64,000 bases of DNA from an uncultured Chloroflexia bacterium (GTDB lineage: Bacteria > Chloroflexota > Limnocylindria > Limnocylindrales > CSP1-4), in NCBI GenBank assembly GCA_963704145.1, contig CAVPHB010000002.1, positions 1,859 through 65,858 on the forward strand, written 5' to 3'. The notes beneath the pieces were generated by a model, which was given only the letters and a program-made list of their open reading frames with translations, was not told the origin of the DNA and did not search any database. Made by a program: the position numbers and the translations under genes. Of the stretch, positions 27,762 to 38,068 are shown piece by piece (within the stretch, counting starts at the first letter, position 1; the number at the start of each line of letters is the position of its first letter).

Positions 27762-28675
27762 CGGAACGTGTCCGGCCGCGCGCCTGGGTGCGCCGCCGGA
27801 CGGATAGCCCCCGTCGATCGACCGCGAGTATAGGCCGTCCGCCAGGCACGCCCGATTGTGTCGCGTGACGTCGCCGCTGAGCGCTGGGCAAGGTAGACCG
27901 GGATGCACGCTGAGCACGATCAGGACCAGCGCCACGACGTTGACGACAGGCAGCTCGTTGGGACGCTGGATGGCCGCGAAGATCCACATCGGCACTGTCT
28001 GCGTGCCGGCGCCGGCAGTGAAGATGGTCACGATGACCTCGTCGAATGACAGGCCAAAGGCGAGCAGGCCGCCGGACGACGAGCGCGGTGCAGCATGCCC
28101 GGCAAGGTCACCCGTCCGGAAGGTCGTGAAGGCATCTGCGCCAAGGTCGGCCGACGCCTCCTCGGGCGATGCGCGGGCAGGCGCCGCAGACGGGCGATGA
28201 CGTTGTTGTAGACGACCACCACGCAGAACGTGGCGTGGCCGATCGATGATCGTCATCAGGCCGAGGTCGATGCCGAACGTGGTGAACGTCGTGCGTAGGG
28301 CGATGCCCGACACGACGCCGGGCAGCGCGATGGGCAGGACGCAGGAGGAACGAGATCGGTCTGGCGGCCGAAGAAGTCGTAGCGCTGCACGGCCAGCGCG
28401 GCGAGCGTGCCCAGGACAGAGCGCGACCGAGTCGCCGCGCCGGCCGCAGCGAGCGAGTTGTCACGACCGCGCTGATGACGCCCGGGTTGTTGGCCGCCTC
28501 GGCGAACCAGTTGAGCGTGAAGCCAGCCGGCGGCCATGCTTGCAGCCGGCTGGTGTTGAAGGCGTAGATGGCCAGCACGACGATGCGGCAGGTAGATGAA
28601 GGACAGGATCGGCCACCGTCGCCAAGCGCAACGCGACCCGGACGAAACGCGGCTCAGCCACTGTGCCGTGCTCAC
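27758..28675 (-). pseudogene. ABC transporter permease (PotC-like, second operon), multiple frame changes
   Basis: AIYAFNTSRLQAWPPAGFTLNWF and [53 protein letters not shown] sit in different frames. The start and upstream stop overlap as GTGA. Confidence 0.7.
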
Positions 28676-29612
28676 AGCGACTCGAAGGCGCCCAGGCGCC
28701 GAGCGAGCAGAAGGTAGACGATCATGATCGCCGATCGGTACGAGCGAGTAGGCCGCGGCCAGGGGCAGGTTGACGTTGGCCGAGTTGTCATAGATCACGT
28801 TGCCGATGAACTTCGCGTCCGAGACCAGGTCGGGCGTGATGTAGTCGCCCAGGGTCAGCGAGAACGAGAAGATCGAGCCGGCCACGAGCGCCGGGAAGAC
28901 GAGCGGCAGGACGACCCGCCGGAAGGTGGTCAAGGCTGCGCGCCGCCCAGGTCGGCCGATGCCTCGAGGAGCGAGTTCGGGATGCGCTCAAGGCCAGCGT
29001 AGACGGGCAGGATCATGTAGGGCAGCCACAGGTAGCTGAGGACCAGCCACGAGTTGAGCTCAGCCGGATAGACCCGGGCCGCTGCATGCCAAATGGGCGT
29101 CGAGCAACCAGTCGACCAGGCCGTTGCCCTGCAGGATGATGCGCCACGAGTAGACCTTGACCAGGTACGCCGCCCAGAGTGGGATGAGCACGGCGACGAC
29201 GAGAAAGCCGCGCATCCGTGGCGATGCGATGCGCGCCATGTAGTAGGCGATGGGGATGGCCAGCAGCGCGTCGGTGATGGTCACGAGCACCGCCATGCCG
29301 ACATCGTCCGTATCGGCGATGGTGCCGTAGACCGCGTTGCTGACCAGCGTCTCGAAGGCGGCGAGCGTCCAACTGAACGGCTCGACGCGGCCGGTGAACG
29401 CGTCCTTGGCCCAGAGCGAGTTAAGTAGCAGGATGAGCGAGCGAGCCGAGATAGGCGATCAGCAGCCAGCCGACCGGCCCGGCCAGCAGCGGCGCGCAGC
29501 TGCACGCCGCGGCGCGGTGCAGCCACGATCCGAGGCGACGACGCAGGCTGCGCTGTGGCGCCGGCCTCGAGTACCTCGGGGGTCGTGAGTCGGGACGGTC
29601 GACTAGGCTCAT
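28672..29612 (-). pseudogene. ABC transporter permease (PotB-like, second operon), multiple frame changes
   Basis: AVLVTITDALLAIPIAYYMARIASPRMRGFLVVAVLIPLWAAYLVKVYSWRIILQGNG and TTFRRVVLPLVFPALVAGSIFSFSLTLGDYITPDLV sit in different frames. Confidence 0.75.
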
Positions 29613-29676
29613 GCGCTTCCTAGAGTCGAGGGCTCCCCGGCTTACGCTCGGGGAGCCCTTGAAGCGGTGTTCCGGA

Positions 29677-30912
29677 TTAGCGGATCAGCTGCCGCGCAGC
29701 GTGGTCCATGCCTGGACCCAGTCGTCCTGGGCTCTTGCACGTGGTCGCCGCGTCGTCGTCGGCGCAGTCGGCCTGTGGGGTGCTCCAGTACCAGATCGTT
29801 GTCCCAGTAGGCTTCGTCATCGGCGTGCGCAGATGCGCAGTGACCGGGCGACAGCGTCTCGGCGAACTCGCACGCCTGTGGGCTGGTCGCGCCTCGCCGA
29901 ACCAGACCGTGCGCCTGCGACGTTCGCCTCGGCCGACATCATGTGGTCCATCCACATGAGCATGCAGTTCGGATGTGCTGCGTTCTTGGCCATCATCCAG
30001 GTGTCCGACCAGCCGGTCGAGCCCTCGTCGGGCTGCACGCCAGCAATCGGCCGACGCCGTCGCCTGGAGCAGGTTGGACCTGAAGCTGCCACGTCGTGCC
30101 GACGACGACGTCGCCGGCGGCATACGACGCGATCTGGTCGGTGTAGGTCGCCCCAGTACAGCGGCGCGTTGGCCTTCTGTGCGTCGAGCAGCGCGATCGC
30201 TGCCGCGAATTGCTCTTCGTTGAGCTGATACGGGTTGGTAGATGCCCAGCTCGGGCTGCGTGGCCATCAGGTGCACCGCGGCGTCGGCGATGTAGATCGA
30301 CGAGTCGTAGATGCTGATGTCGCCGGCGTAATCCGAGCCGCCTTCCCACACCGGCGTCCCAGCTGGTGGGCGCCTCGGTTACCAGCATCGGTGTTGTACA
30401 TGAGCAGGTTCGGCACCACGTCCGTGCGGCACGCCGTAGTTGACGCCGTCGACGGTGTTGTGCGGCAGGTCCTTGAGGCCGTCAAAGACGTTGGCGTAGT
30501 TGGGCAGCATCGACGTGTCGATCGGGGCGACGTAGTCGCCCGAGATGAGCCGCGTCGTCGCGTCGCCCGAGGCCGAGATGCCGTCGTAGTTGCCCGACTG
30601 GATTAGTGAAACGCCGTTGTTCGAGTCGGTCATGTCGGTCGTGTTGACGGCACAGCCCGTTCGCTCTTCGAACGGCGTCACCCAGTCATAGGCCGGGTCG
30701 ACTGCGCCGCGCTCGGCGTAGCCAGCCCAGATGACCAGGTTGAGCGCGCCCTCGCCCGGGCCAATGCCGGCAGGCGTTGGTACGGCCGTTGGTGCGGCCG
30801 TTGGTGCGGCCGTTGGTGCGGCCGTTGGTGCGGCCGTTGGTGCGGCGCCGGCACAGGCCGAAGCCACCAGCGCGGTGATGGCGATGAACCCCCAGATGCG
30901 TCGGTTGGTCAA
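29677..30912 (-). pseudogene. Polyamine-type ABC substrate-binding lipoprotein with an (APTA)n linker, frame changes in the C-terminal two thirds
   Basis: TTG start, lipobox ALVASAC, an (APTA)5 linker, then LNLVIWAGYAERG...FEERTGCAVN. Later pieces are in other frames. Confidence 0.75.
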
Positions 30913-32025
30913 GACTCCTCCTTGTCGTGGATGCCCTCGTGGGTGAGTGTCAGATTATGAATGCGTTTCCAGGTCAGGCGCACCCTTTTTTCTTCGAGTG
31001 CGAGCGCCTCTGACGAAGATGTGGCCAGATTCTGTTGGGCGACGACCAGTTGCGCGCCCGCGTCAAGCTCGACGATGTAGCGTGTTTCGTGGCCCAGGTA
31101 GATCACCTTGCCGATGTGGCCGAGGGCCGAAACCTCGTCGGCTGCCGGCTGGTCGTCCGGCTCGACCAGGCGGATCTTCTCCGGTCGGACGGTGAACGTC
31201 CCGGCGTGGCCGACGATCGCCCGGGCGACTTCGCCGCTGAGCAGGTTGGACGTCCCCACGAAGCCGGCCACGAATTGGGTCGCGGGGCGCTCGTAGACGT
31301 CGGCCGGGGTGCCGATCTGCTCGATCCGGCCGTGGTTGAAGACGGCCAGCCGATCGGACATCGTCAGCGCCTCGCCCTGGTCGTGGGTGACATAGATGAA
31401 GGTGATGCCGACCTGCTGCTGGATCTGCTTGAGCTCGATCTGCATCTCCTCGCGCAGGCGCAGGTCGAGCGCGCCCGAGTGGCTCGTCGAGCAGCAGCAC
31501 GCGCGGCCGGTTGACCAGCGCTCGGGCGAGCGCGACGCGCTGGCGCTGGCCGCCCGACAGCTGGCCCGGCTGGCGCTGCTCGTAGCCTTCGAGGCGGACC
31601 ATGCGCAGCGCCTCCTCGACCCGAGTCTCGACGCGTGGCGCGGTCGACCTTGCTTGATCATCAGGCCGTAGCCGACGTTGTCGCCGACCGTCATGTGCGG
31701 GAACAGCGCGTAGTCCTGGAAGACGGTGTTGACGTCGCGCTCGAACGGCGGCACGTTGGTCACGTCCTGGCCGTGGAGCAGGATGCGGCCGCTGCGTCGG
31801 CAATTCGAAGCCGGCGATCATGCGCAGCGTCGTGGTCTTGCCCGAGCCGGACGGGCCGAGCATCGAGAAGAACTCGCCGTCGCGCACCTCGAGGTCGATG
31901 CCGGCCACGGCGACGACGTCGCCGAAGTGCTTGACGACGTGCTCGAGCTGCACGGCCAGCGACGGTGCGTCACGGGGCGCGCCGGGCGCGCCTGATTGCC
32001 CTCTCGTATCAGCGGCCAGCGCCAC
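30909..32025 (-). pseudogene. ABC transporter ATP-binding protein (PotA-like, second operon), frame changes in the middle
   Basis: [25 protein letters not shown] (one frame) and DVNTVFQDYALFPHMTV...ITFIYVTHDQGEALTMSDRLAVFNHGRIEQIG...VRPEKI (another frame). Confidence 0.8.
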
Positions 32026-32149
32026 AACCCCTCCGAACCGGTGAAGTAGGGCGACTATCAGCGCAGGCGCAGGCGACTGTCAAGCGCTGGCTGAGCGCAC
32101 GCGGGTCCAGCGGCGCGGGTTGGCGCCGATCCGGTCATGCACCTGGTCC

Positions 32150-32398
32150 ACGAGTCGGCTAGGTGGATCAAGGCGGCGGCTGGTCCGCCGCGGCTGGTCC
32201 GCGGCGGCTGGCTTGCGCGAGTCGGTTATGTGGATCAAGGCGGCGGCTGGTCCGCCGCGGCTGGCCCGCCGCGGCTGGCTTGCGCGAGTCGGTTATGTGG
32301 ATCAAGGCGGCGGCTGGTCCGCCGCGGCTGGTCCGCCGCGGCTGGCTTGCGGCGGACCAAGTGCGGGTCCGGGCCAGTGATCCACGAAACCGACTCAA
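32150..32398. repeat. Three direct 67-bp units, each starting with the core (G)CGAGTCGGYTAKGTGGATC, closed by one inverted core
   Basis: Direct cores lie at 32150-32169, 32217-32236 and 32284-32303. The inverted core GATCCACGAAACCGACTCAA lies at 32379-32398. The unit bodies are GC-rich GCGGCTGG repeats. Confidence 0.9.
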
Positions 32399-32519
32399 CC
32401 ACTGGTTGCCACGCCCGGCGCGGGCGAGCCCAATTGGGCGCACGCCGGCCCCAACAACGCCAGCGCCGCCACACGTGAGCGGCCTAGAATCAGGCTCCCA
32501 CTGACCACGGAGGCAGGCA

Positions 32520-33734
32520 ATGCAGCAACACCAGATCGCCATGCTCGGTACGGGCCTGATCGGCGATTTCTACACCATGGCCCTGCATGCCCAGCGCAGC
32601 CGTGACCGGGTGCGCGTCGTCTATTCGCGCAGCGAGGAACGCGGCCGCGCTTTCCGCGAGCGCTGGGACATTCCCGAGTCGGTGACCGACCTGAAGGCGG
32701 CCATTGAGCATCCCGAGGTCGACGTGGTCGTTGTCGGGCTGCCCAACTTCATGCACGAGCAGGCAGTCGGGATGGCCGCTGCGGCAGGCAAGGCGGTGCT
32801 GTGCACCAAGCCGCTCGGGCGCACCGCCGAAGAGGCGCGCCGGTTGCTCGAGGTGACTGAGCGGGCGGGAGTCTTCGCCGGCTACCTCGAGGATCTGTGC
32901 TACACGCCCAAGACGCTCAAGGCGATCAAGGCCGTTCGCGGAGGCGCGATCGGCGAGGTGACCTGGGTTCGCTCGCGCGAGGCCCATCCGGGTCCCCATT
33001 CGGCCTGGTTCTGGGACGGTCGGCTGACCGGCGGCGGAGCCATTGTCGACCTGGGCTGTCACTGCATCGAGATCATTCGCAATTACGTGGGCAAGGACAA
33101 CCGGCCGCTGGCGGTCATGTGCCATGCCGACACGCTCGTCCACCCGATTGCCGACGAGGACAACGCCGTGGCCCTGATCCGCTTCGAGAGCGGCGCGCTG
33201 GGCCAGTTCGAGGTCAGCTGGACGTTTCGCGGCGGGATGGACCTGCGCGACGAGGTGGCCGGCACGCACGGCACGGTCTGGGTCAACAACTTCCTGCGCA
33301 CGGGCTTCGAGATGTTCGCCGCCGGCGCGTCGGGCGGCTACGTCGCCGAGAAATCCGAGTCGGACAAGGGCTGGCTCTTCCCGGTCGGGGACGAGGTCGT
33401 CGAGCTGGGCTACGTCGACATGTTCAGCGACATGTTCCGGGCGCTGGAATCGGGCGTCAGTCCGCAGGAGACCTTCTACGACGGCTACGTGGTCAACGCG
33501 ATCATGGATGCCTGCTTCCGATCGGCCAAGAGCAGCCAATGGGAAACCGTGCAGCTCGTCGACTGGCGCGGCGCGGCGGTGCCGCGCATCGGTGCCGGGC
33601 GCGAGCCCGAGACCTACGATGGCATGGTCGTCATCAAGCGCGAGATCCTGCCCGACGGCAGACACAAGCTGATCCTGAAGGACCCCGCCAACGGCGACTT
33701 CACAGATCGTGTCGTGAGCACCAAGGGCAACTGA
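32520..33734 (+). CDS. Gfo/Idh/MocA family oxidoreductase
   Basis: [13 protein letters not shown] Rossmann start and [12 protein letters not shown]...AVLCTKPL. 404 aa, intact. Confidence 0.85.
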   Translation: MQQHQIAMLGTGLIGDFYTMALHAQRSRDRVRVVYSRSEERGRAFRERWDIPESVTDLKAAIEHPEVDVVVVGLPNFMHEQAVGMAAAAGKAVLCTKPLGRTAEEARRLLEVTERAGVFAGYLEDLCYTPKTLKAIKAVRGGAIGEVTWVRSREAHPGPHSAWFWDGRLTGGGAIVDLGCHCIEIIRNYVGKDNRPLAVMCHADTLVHPIADEDNAVALIRFESGALGQFEVSWTFRGGMDLRDEVAGTHGTVWVNNFLRTGFEMFAAGASGGYVAEKSESDKGWLFPVGDEVVELGYVDMFSDMFRALESGVSPQETFYDGYVVNAIMDACFRSAKSSQWETVQLVDWRGAAVPRIGAGREPETYDGMVVIKREILPDGRHKLILKDPANGDFTDRVVSTKGN

Positions 33735-33763
33735 GTGCACCGTGCGCTGACGGCCGCGGGGCG

Positions 33764-35023
33764 CTAGCCCGTCGGGACCGGCGCCTCCTGCGGTCCCCCG
33801 GCGGCCATCCAACCGGCGATGTAGTCGCGCGCAAAGAGCTGATCAACGACCATCGCCGACGCGCCGATGACGCCGGCCAGGCCGGCCAGCGATGAACGGG
33901 TGATGAGCAGTTCGCGCGTGGCCAGGGGCAGCGAGCGCCGATAGACGGTCTCGCGGACTGCGTCCAGCAGCTGGTGACCGCTCTGCGCCACTCCCCCGCC
34001 GATGATGATCAGCGACGGATTGAAGAAGTTGACCACCGAGGCGAGCACGCGCCCTACCCGCCGGCCGGCCGTCTGCAGCAGATCGACCGCGATTGGATCG
34101 CCGAACGAGGCGGCGCGGGCAACGTCCTCGGCGGTCAGCCCGCCGTGCTGGTCGAGCGCCATCCGCAGCCGCTCGCTTTGCCCGGCGCGCGCGGCAGCTT
34201 CTCCGTCACGCGCCAGCGCGGCGCCGCCGGCGAGCGCCTCCAGGCAACCGATGTTGCCGCAACGACAGACGACCGACGGCTCATCGACAACCTGGATGTG
34301 GCCCACGTCGCCGGCACTGCCCTGTGCCCCGCGGTGGAGCCGGCCGTCGGAGATGATGCCCGCGCCGATGCCCGTGCCGACCTTGATCACGACCACGTTG
34401 TCGTGGCCGACGGCCGCACCGCTGCGCCACTCGCCGAGGGCAAGCAGGTTGACGTCGTTGTCGACCCAGACCGGCGCGCCGTAGGCCGCCATGTACCTCT
34501 CGCGCAGCGGATAGCCGTCCCAGCCGGGCATGATCGGTGGCGAGGTGGGCTGCCCGGTCCGGAACTCGACCGGCCCAGGCACGCCGATGCCGATGCCCCA
34601 CAGCCGGCCGGGCAGCGAGCGCGCCCCGCCGACCAGCTCGGCGAACAACTCGTCCACCCGGGCCAGGCAGCGCTCGGGTCCGGCACCGATGTCGGCCGGC
34701 TCATCGCGATGAGCCAGGATCCGTCCGTTGAGCGTGGTCAAGGCGACGTCGATGCTGGTCGCGCCCAGGTCGGCGACCAGCACGTGGCCGGCGTCGGCGT
34801 TGAAGGCCAGCTGGCGCGGCGGCCGGCCGCCGGTGCTGCGTCCGTGGCCGCCCTCCCGGATCAGGCCGCGCTCGATCAGCTCGCCCGCGCGCTGCGCGAC
34901 CACCGATCGGCTGAGGCCGGTGCGCGCCAGCAGCTCCGAGCGTGAGCGCGAACGGCCGAGCCGGATCTCGTCGAGCACGGTCACCAGCGCGTCGAGCGTC
35001 TCCTCGGCCGGGACGGTCGTCAC
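33764..35023 (-). CDS. ROK family transcriptional regulator
   Basis: N-terminal winged helix (RSELLARTGLSRSVVAQRAGELIERGLI) followed by the ROK sugar-kinase fold and the Cys motif CRCGNIGCLE. 419 aa, intact. Confidence 0.85.
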   Translation of the reverse strand: MTTVPAEETLDALVTVLDEIRLGRSRSRSELLARTGLSRSVVAQRAGELIERGLIREGGHGRSTGGRPPRQLAFNADAGHVLVADLGATSIDVALTTLNGRILAHRDEPADIGAGPERCLARVDELFAELVGGARSLPGRLWGIGIGVPGPVEFRTGQPTSPPIMPGWDGYPLRERYMAAYGAPVWVDNDVNLLALGEWRSGAAVGHDNVVVIKVGTGIGAGIISDGRLHRGAQGSAGDVGHIQVVDEPSVVCRCGNIGCLEALAGGAALARDGEAAARAGQSERLRMALDQHGGLTAEDVARAASFGDPIAVDLLQTAGRRVGRVLASVVNFFNPSLIIIGGGVAQSGHQLLDAVRETVYRRSLPLATRELLITRSSLAGLAGVIGASAMVVDQLFARDYIAGWMAAGGPQEAPVPTG

Positions 35024-35061
35024 CCCCTAACTATAGCGGTCAGGGGTGCTTACTCGACCGA

Positions 35062-35084
35062 CTTTTGCTCTTGACATGCAGAAG
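35062..35084. promoter_or_regulatory. Candidate operator (CTTTTGC-N9-GCAGAAG) in the AT-richest intergenic stretch
   Basis: An imperfect 7-bp inverted repeat sits between the divergent ROK regulator (start 35023) and the Gfo/Idh/MocA operon (start 35189). Confidence 0.25.
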
Positions 35085-35188
35085 TACCATTGGACGAGGA
35101 GGAGCGCACCCACGCGGGTCTCGTGGCTGGCTCCATATCGTCCCAGGCATCGCCCGTTCCCACCCAGCAAGGAGACGGAAAGCGGCCA

Positions 35189-36385
35189 ATGCGGGCAAAC
35201 AGCGCCATCGGCGCGGCAGTCATCGGCAGCGGCTTCATCGGAACGGTCCACATCGAGGCGCTGCGCCGGATCGGAGTCCAGGTCCACGGCCTGCTCGGCT
35301 CTGCGCCCCAGCGCGCCACGGAACGCGCTGCCGCGCTTGGCCTGCCCCATGCGTACGCCAGCCTGGACGAGCTGCTCGACGACGAGAAGGTCGATGTCGT
35401 CCACGTCACCTCGCCCAACCACCTGCACCATGACCAGGTCAGCGCGGTGCTCCGCGCCGGGCGCCACGTTGTGTGCGAGAAGCCGCTGGCCATGACGGCG
35501 GCCGAATCAGCCGAGCTCGTGCAGTTGGCCGGGCAGAGCGGGCGGGTGGCGGCGGTCAACTTCAACATCCGCTTCTACCCGCTCAACCAGCACCTGCGCG
35601 AGGCGGTTGCCGGCGGCGAGCTGGGCGACGTGCGCCTGATCAGCGGCCACTACTTCCAGGACTGGCTGCTGCTGGAGACCGACTGGAACTGGCGCCTCGA
35701 ACCGGAGCGCGGCGGCGCGCTGCGCGCCGTGGGTGACATCGGCTCGCACTGGCTCGATCTGACGTCGTTCATCAGCGGCCTGCGGGTGACCGAGGTGATG
35801 GCCGACCTGGCCACCTTCATCCCCGTCCGCCGCCAGCCGGCCGGACCGGTCGAGACCTTCTCCCTCGCCAGGGCCGAGCAGACTGTTGCGCGCGAGATCA
35901 GCACGGAGGACGTGGCGACCATCCTGCTGCGCTACGACGGCGGCGCGCGCGGCGTGGTGGGCATCAGCCAGATCAGCGCCGGGCGCAAGAACTCGCTCCA
36001 GTACGAGATCGACGGCTCGAGCTCCGCCGCGGCGTGGGATTCGGAGCAGCCCGATTCGCTCTGGCTGGGTCACCGCGGCCGGCCCAACGAGCTGCTGGCC
36101 CGCGATGCGGCGTTGATGAACGCAGCCGGCCGCGCTGCGGCGGCCCTGCCCGCCGGCCATGTCGAAGGCTTCGCCGACACGTTCGCCGCTTTGTTCCGGG
36201 CGGTCTATGCGGACGTGACCAACGGCACGGCACGCGAGCGGCCGCCCTACGCTACGTTCGCTGACGGCCACGAAGAGATGCTCGTCGGCGAGGCTATCGC
36301 GCAGAGCGCCCGGAGCGGCCAGTGGGAGCCGGTCGGCGACCCGCGGCCCGCCGTCCGGCAGGAGATGGAGGAGGTTCGCCGATGA
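35189..36385 (+). CDS. Gfo/Idh/MocA family oxidoreductase
   Basis: ATG is preceded by AAGGAGA. Contains IGAAVIGSGFIGTVHIEAL and VHVTSPNHLHHDQ...HVVCEKPL. Intact. Confidence 0.85.
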   Translation: MRANSAIGAAVIGSGFIGTVHIEALRRIGVQVHGLLGSAPQRATERAAALGLPHAYASLDELLDDEKVDVVHVTSPNHLHHDQVSAVLRAGRHVVCEKPLAMTAAESAELVQLAGQSGRVAAVNFNIRFYPLNQHLREAVAGGELGDVRLISGHYFQDWLLLETDWNWRLEPERGGALRAVGDIGSHWLDLTSFISGLRVTEVMADLATFIPVRRQPAGPVETFSLARAEQTVAREISTEDVATILLRYDGGARGVVGISQISAGRKNSLQYEIDGSSSAAAWDSEQPDSLWLGHRGRPNELLARDAALMNAAGRAAAALPAGHVEGFADTFAALFRAVYADVTNGTARERPPYATFADGHEEMLVGEAIAQSARSGQWEPVGDPRPAVRQEMEEVRR

Positions 36386-37310
36386 GACTCGGCTTCCTGA
36401 CCGCACCCTTTCCCGAGACGCCGCTCATGGACGTCGCCGATTGGGCGGCGGCAAACGAGTTCGACAGCCTGGAGATCGCCTGCTGGCCGCCGTTCGAGCG
36501 GTGCCACGCGGCGCTACGCAGGCACTTCCCACATCGACGTCGTCAACCTGTCCCAGTCAGCGGCGAGTGACCTCGTCGGCCAGATCGCGGCGAAGGGCCT
36601 GGCCATCTCCGGCCTGGGCTTCTATCCCAACCCGCTGCACCCGGATCGCGCCACTGCGTGCCGCGGCGATCGCGCACATCAGGAAGGTCATCGAGGCGGC
36701 GCGATTGATGGGCGTGCCGTTCATGAACACCTTCATGGGCGGCGACCCGGCCAAGAGCCTCGACGAGAACTGGGCAGGCCGCGCTGCGAGGTCTGGCCTG
36801 ACATCGTCCGCCACGCGCAGGACCAGGGCGTGCAAGATCACGATCGAGAACTGCCCGATGATCTTCTCGCGCGACGAGTGGCCGGGCGGCAACAACATCG
36901 CCTGGTCGCCCTACATCTGGCGGCGCATCCTCGAGCAGTGGGGCGGCACCGTCGGGCTCAACTACGACCCATCGCACCTGGTCTGGCTGATGATCGACCA
37001 GGGCCGCTTCATCCGCGAGTTCGGGCCGCACATCCTTCACTTCCAGGCCAAGGACGTGATGATCGATCGCGACGGACTGTACGAACGGGGCACCATGTCG
37101 TCCGGCATCGGCTGGCAGATTCCGCGCCTGCCCGGACTGGGCGACGCCAATTGGGCCGAGATCTTCTCCAATCTTTACCGCGTCGGCTACGACGGGGACT
37201 GCATCATTGAGCACGAGGATCGGCGCTTCGAGGGCACCGACGCGCTGGTCAAGCGCGGCTTCCTGCTGGCGCGCAACATCCTGCGCCCGTACATCCCGAA
37301 GGAGTCGTGA
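36382..37310 (+). pseudogene. Sugar phosphate isomerase/epimerase (xylose-isomerase-like TIM barrel), about 4 frame changes in the first half
   Basis: MRLGFLTAPF and SLEIACWP are in one frame, GTSHIDVVNLS in a second, and IENCPMIF...LNYDPSHLVW...FQAKDV...IIEHED in a third. The start is coupled to the upstream stop as ATGA. Confidence 0.75.
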
Positions 37311-37316
37311 GCGCCG

Positions 37317-38068
37317 ATGAGTGACCTGTTCGAGCGCCTGACCTACGCTCAGATCGCCAAGACGATCGACCACTCGCTGCTCCGACCCGAGCTGGACGAC
37401 GAGTTCATTGCGCAGGGCCTTCGCCTGGCCGCCGAATACGACGTCGCCTCGGTCACCGTGCGCCCGGTCGACGTCGTGCGCGCGGTCGAGATGCTGCGCG
37501 GGACGGACGTCAAGGTGGGCACGGTGGTCGGCTTCCCGCACGGCGACGTGTTGACCGAGACCAAGGTGTTCGAGGCACACCGCGCGCTCGAGCAGGGCGC
37601 GCGCGAGCTGGACATGGTGCATCCAGATCAGCTGCGCTGCGCTCCGGGCGCGACGGTGACGTGCGCGCCGATATCGCGGCCGTGGTCGAGCCGGCCCACG
37701 CCGCCGGCGCGATCGTCAAGGTCATCTTCGAGAACGCGTACCTGACCGACGACGAGAAGATCCGCGCCTGCCGCGCGACCGAGGCCGCCGGCGGCGACTT
37801 CGTCAAGACGTCGACCGGTTTCGCGCCGACCGGCGCCACGCACGACGACCTGCGCCTGATGCGCGCCAACACCGGCATGCACATCGCGGTCAAGGCGGCC
37901 GGCGGCGTGCGCACCCTTGACGCGCTGCTGGCGGTCATGGAGCTGGGCGTGACGCGCGTCGGCGCGACGGCGACAAAGGCGATGCTCGACGACTTCAGGG
38001 CGCGCAAGGCGGGCACCGCCGCGGCTCAGCCGGCGGCGGTCGGGACAGCGGACAGGGGCGCCTACTAG
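37317..38068 (+). pseudogene. deoC: Deoxyribose-phosphate aldolase, 2 frame changes near 37620-37660
   Basis: IAKTIDHSLLRP and VGTVVGFPHG are in one frame. KVIFENAYLTDDEKIRACRATEAAGGDFVKTSTGF...HIAVKAAGGVRT is in another. Confidence 0.8.

Noticed and set aside
35072-35077. TTGACA as a -35 promoter box in the ROK / Gfo-Idh-MocA divergent region
   Set aside because: No acceptable TAnnnT -10 hexamer lies 16-18 nt downstream, so a promoter cannot be supported from sequence alone.
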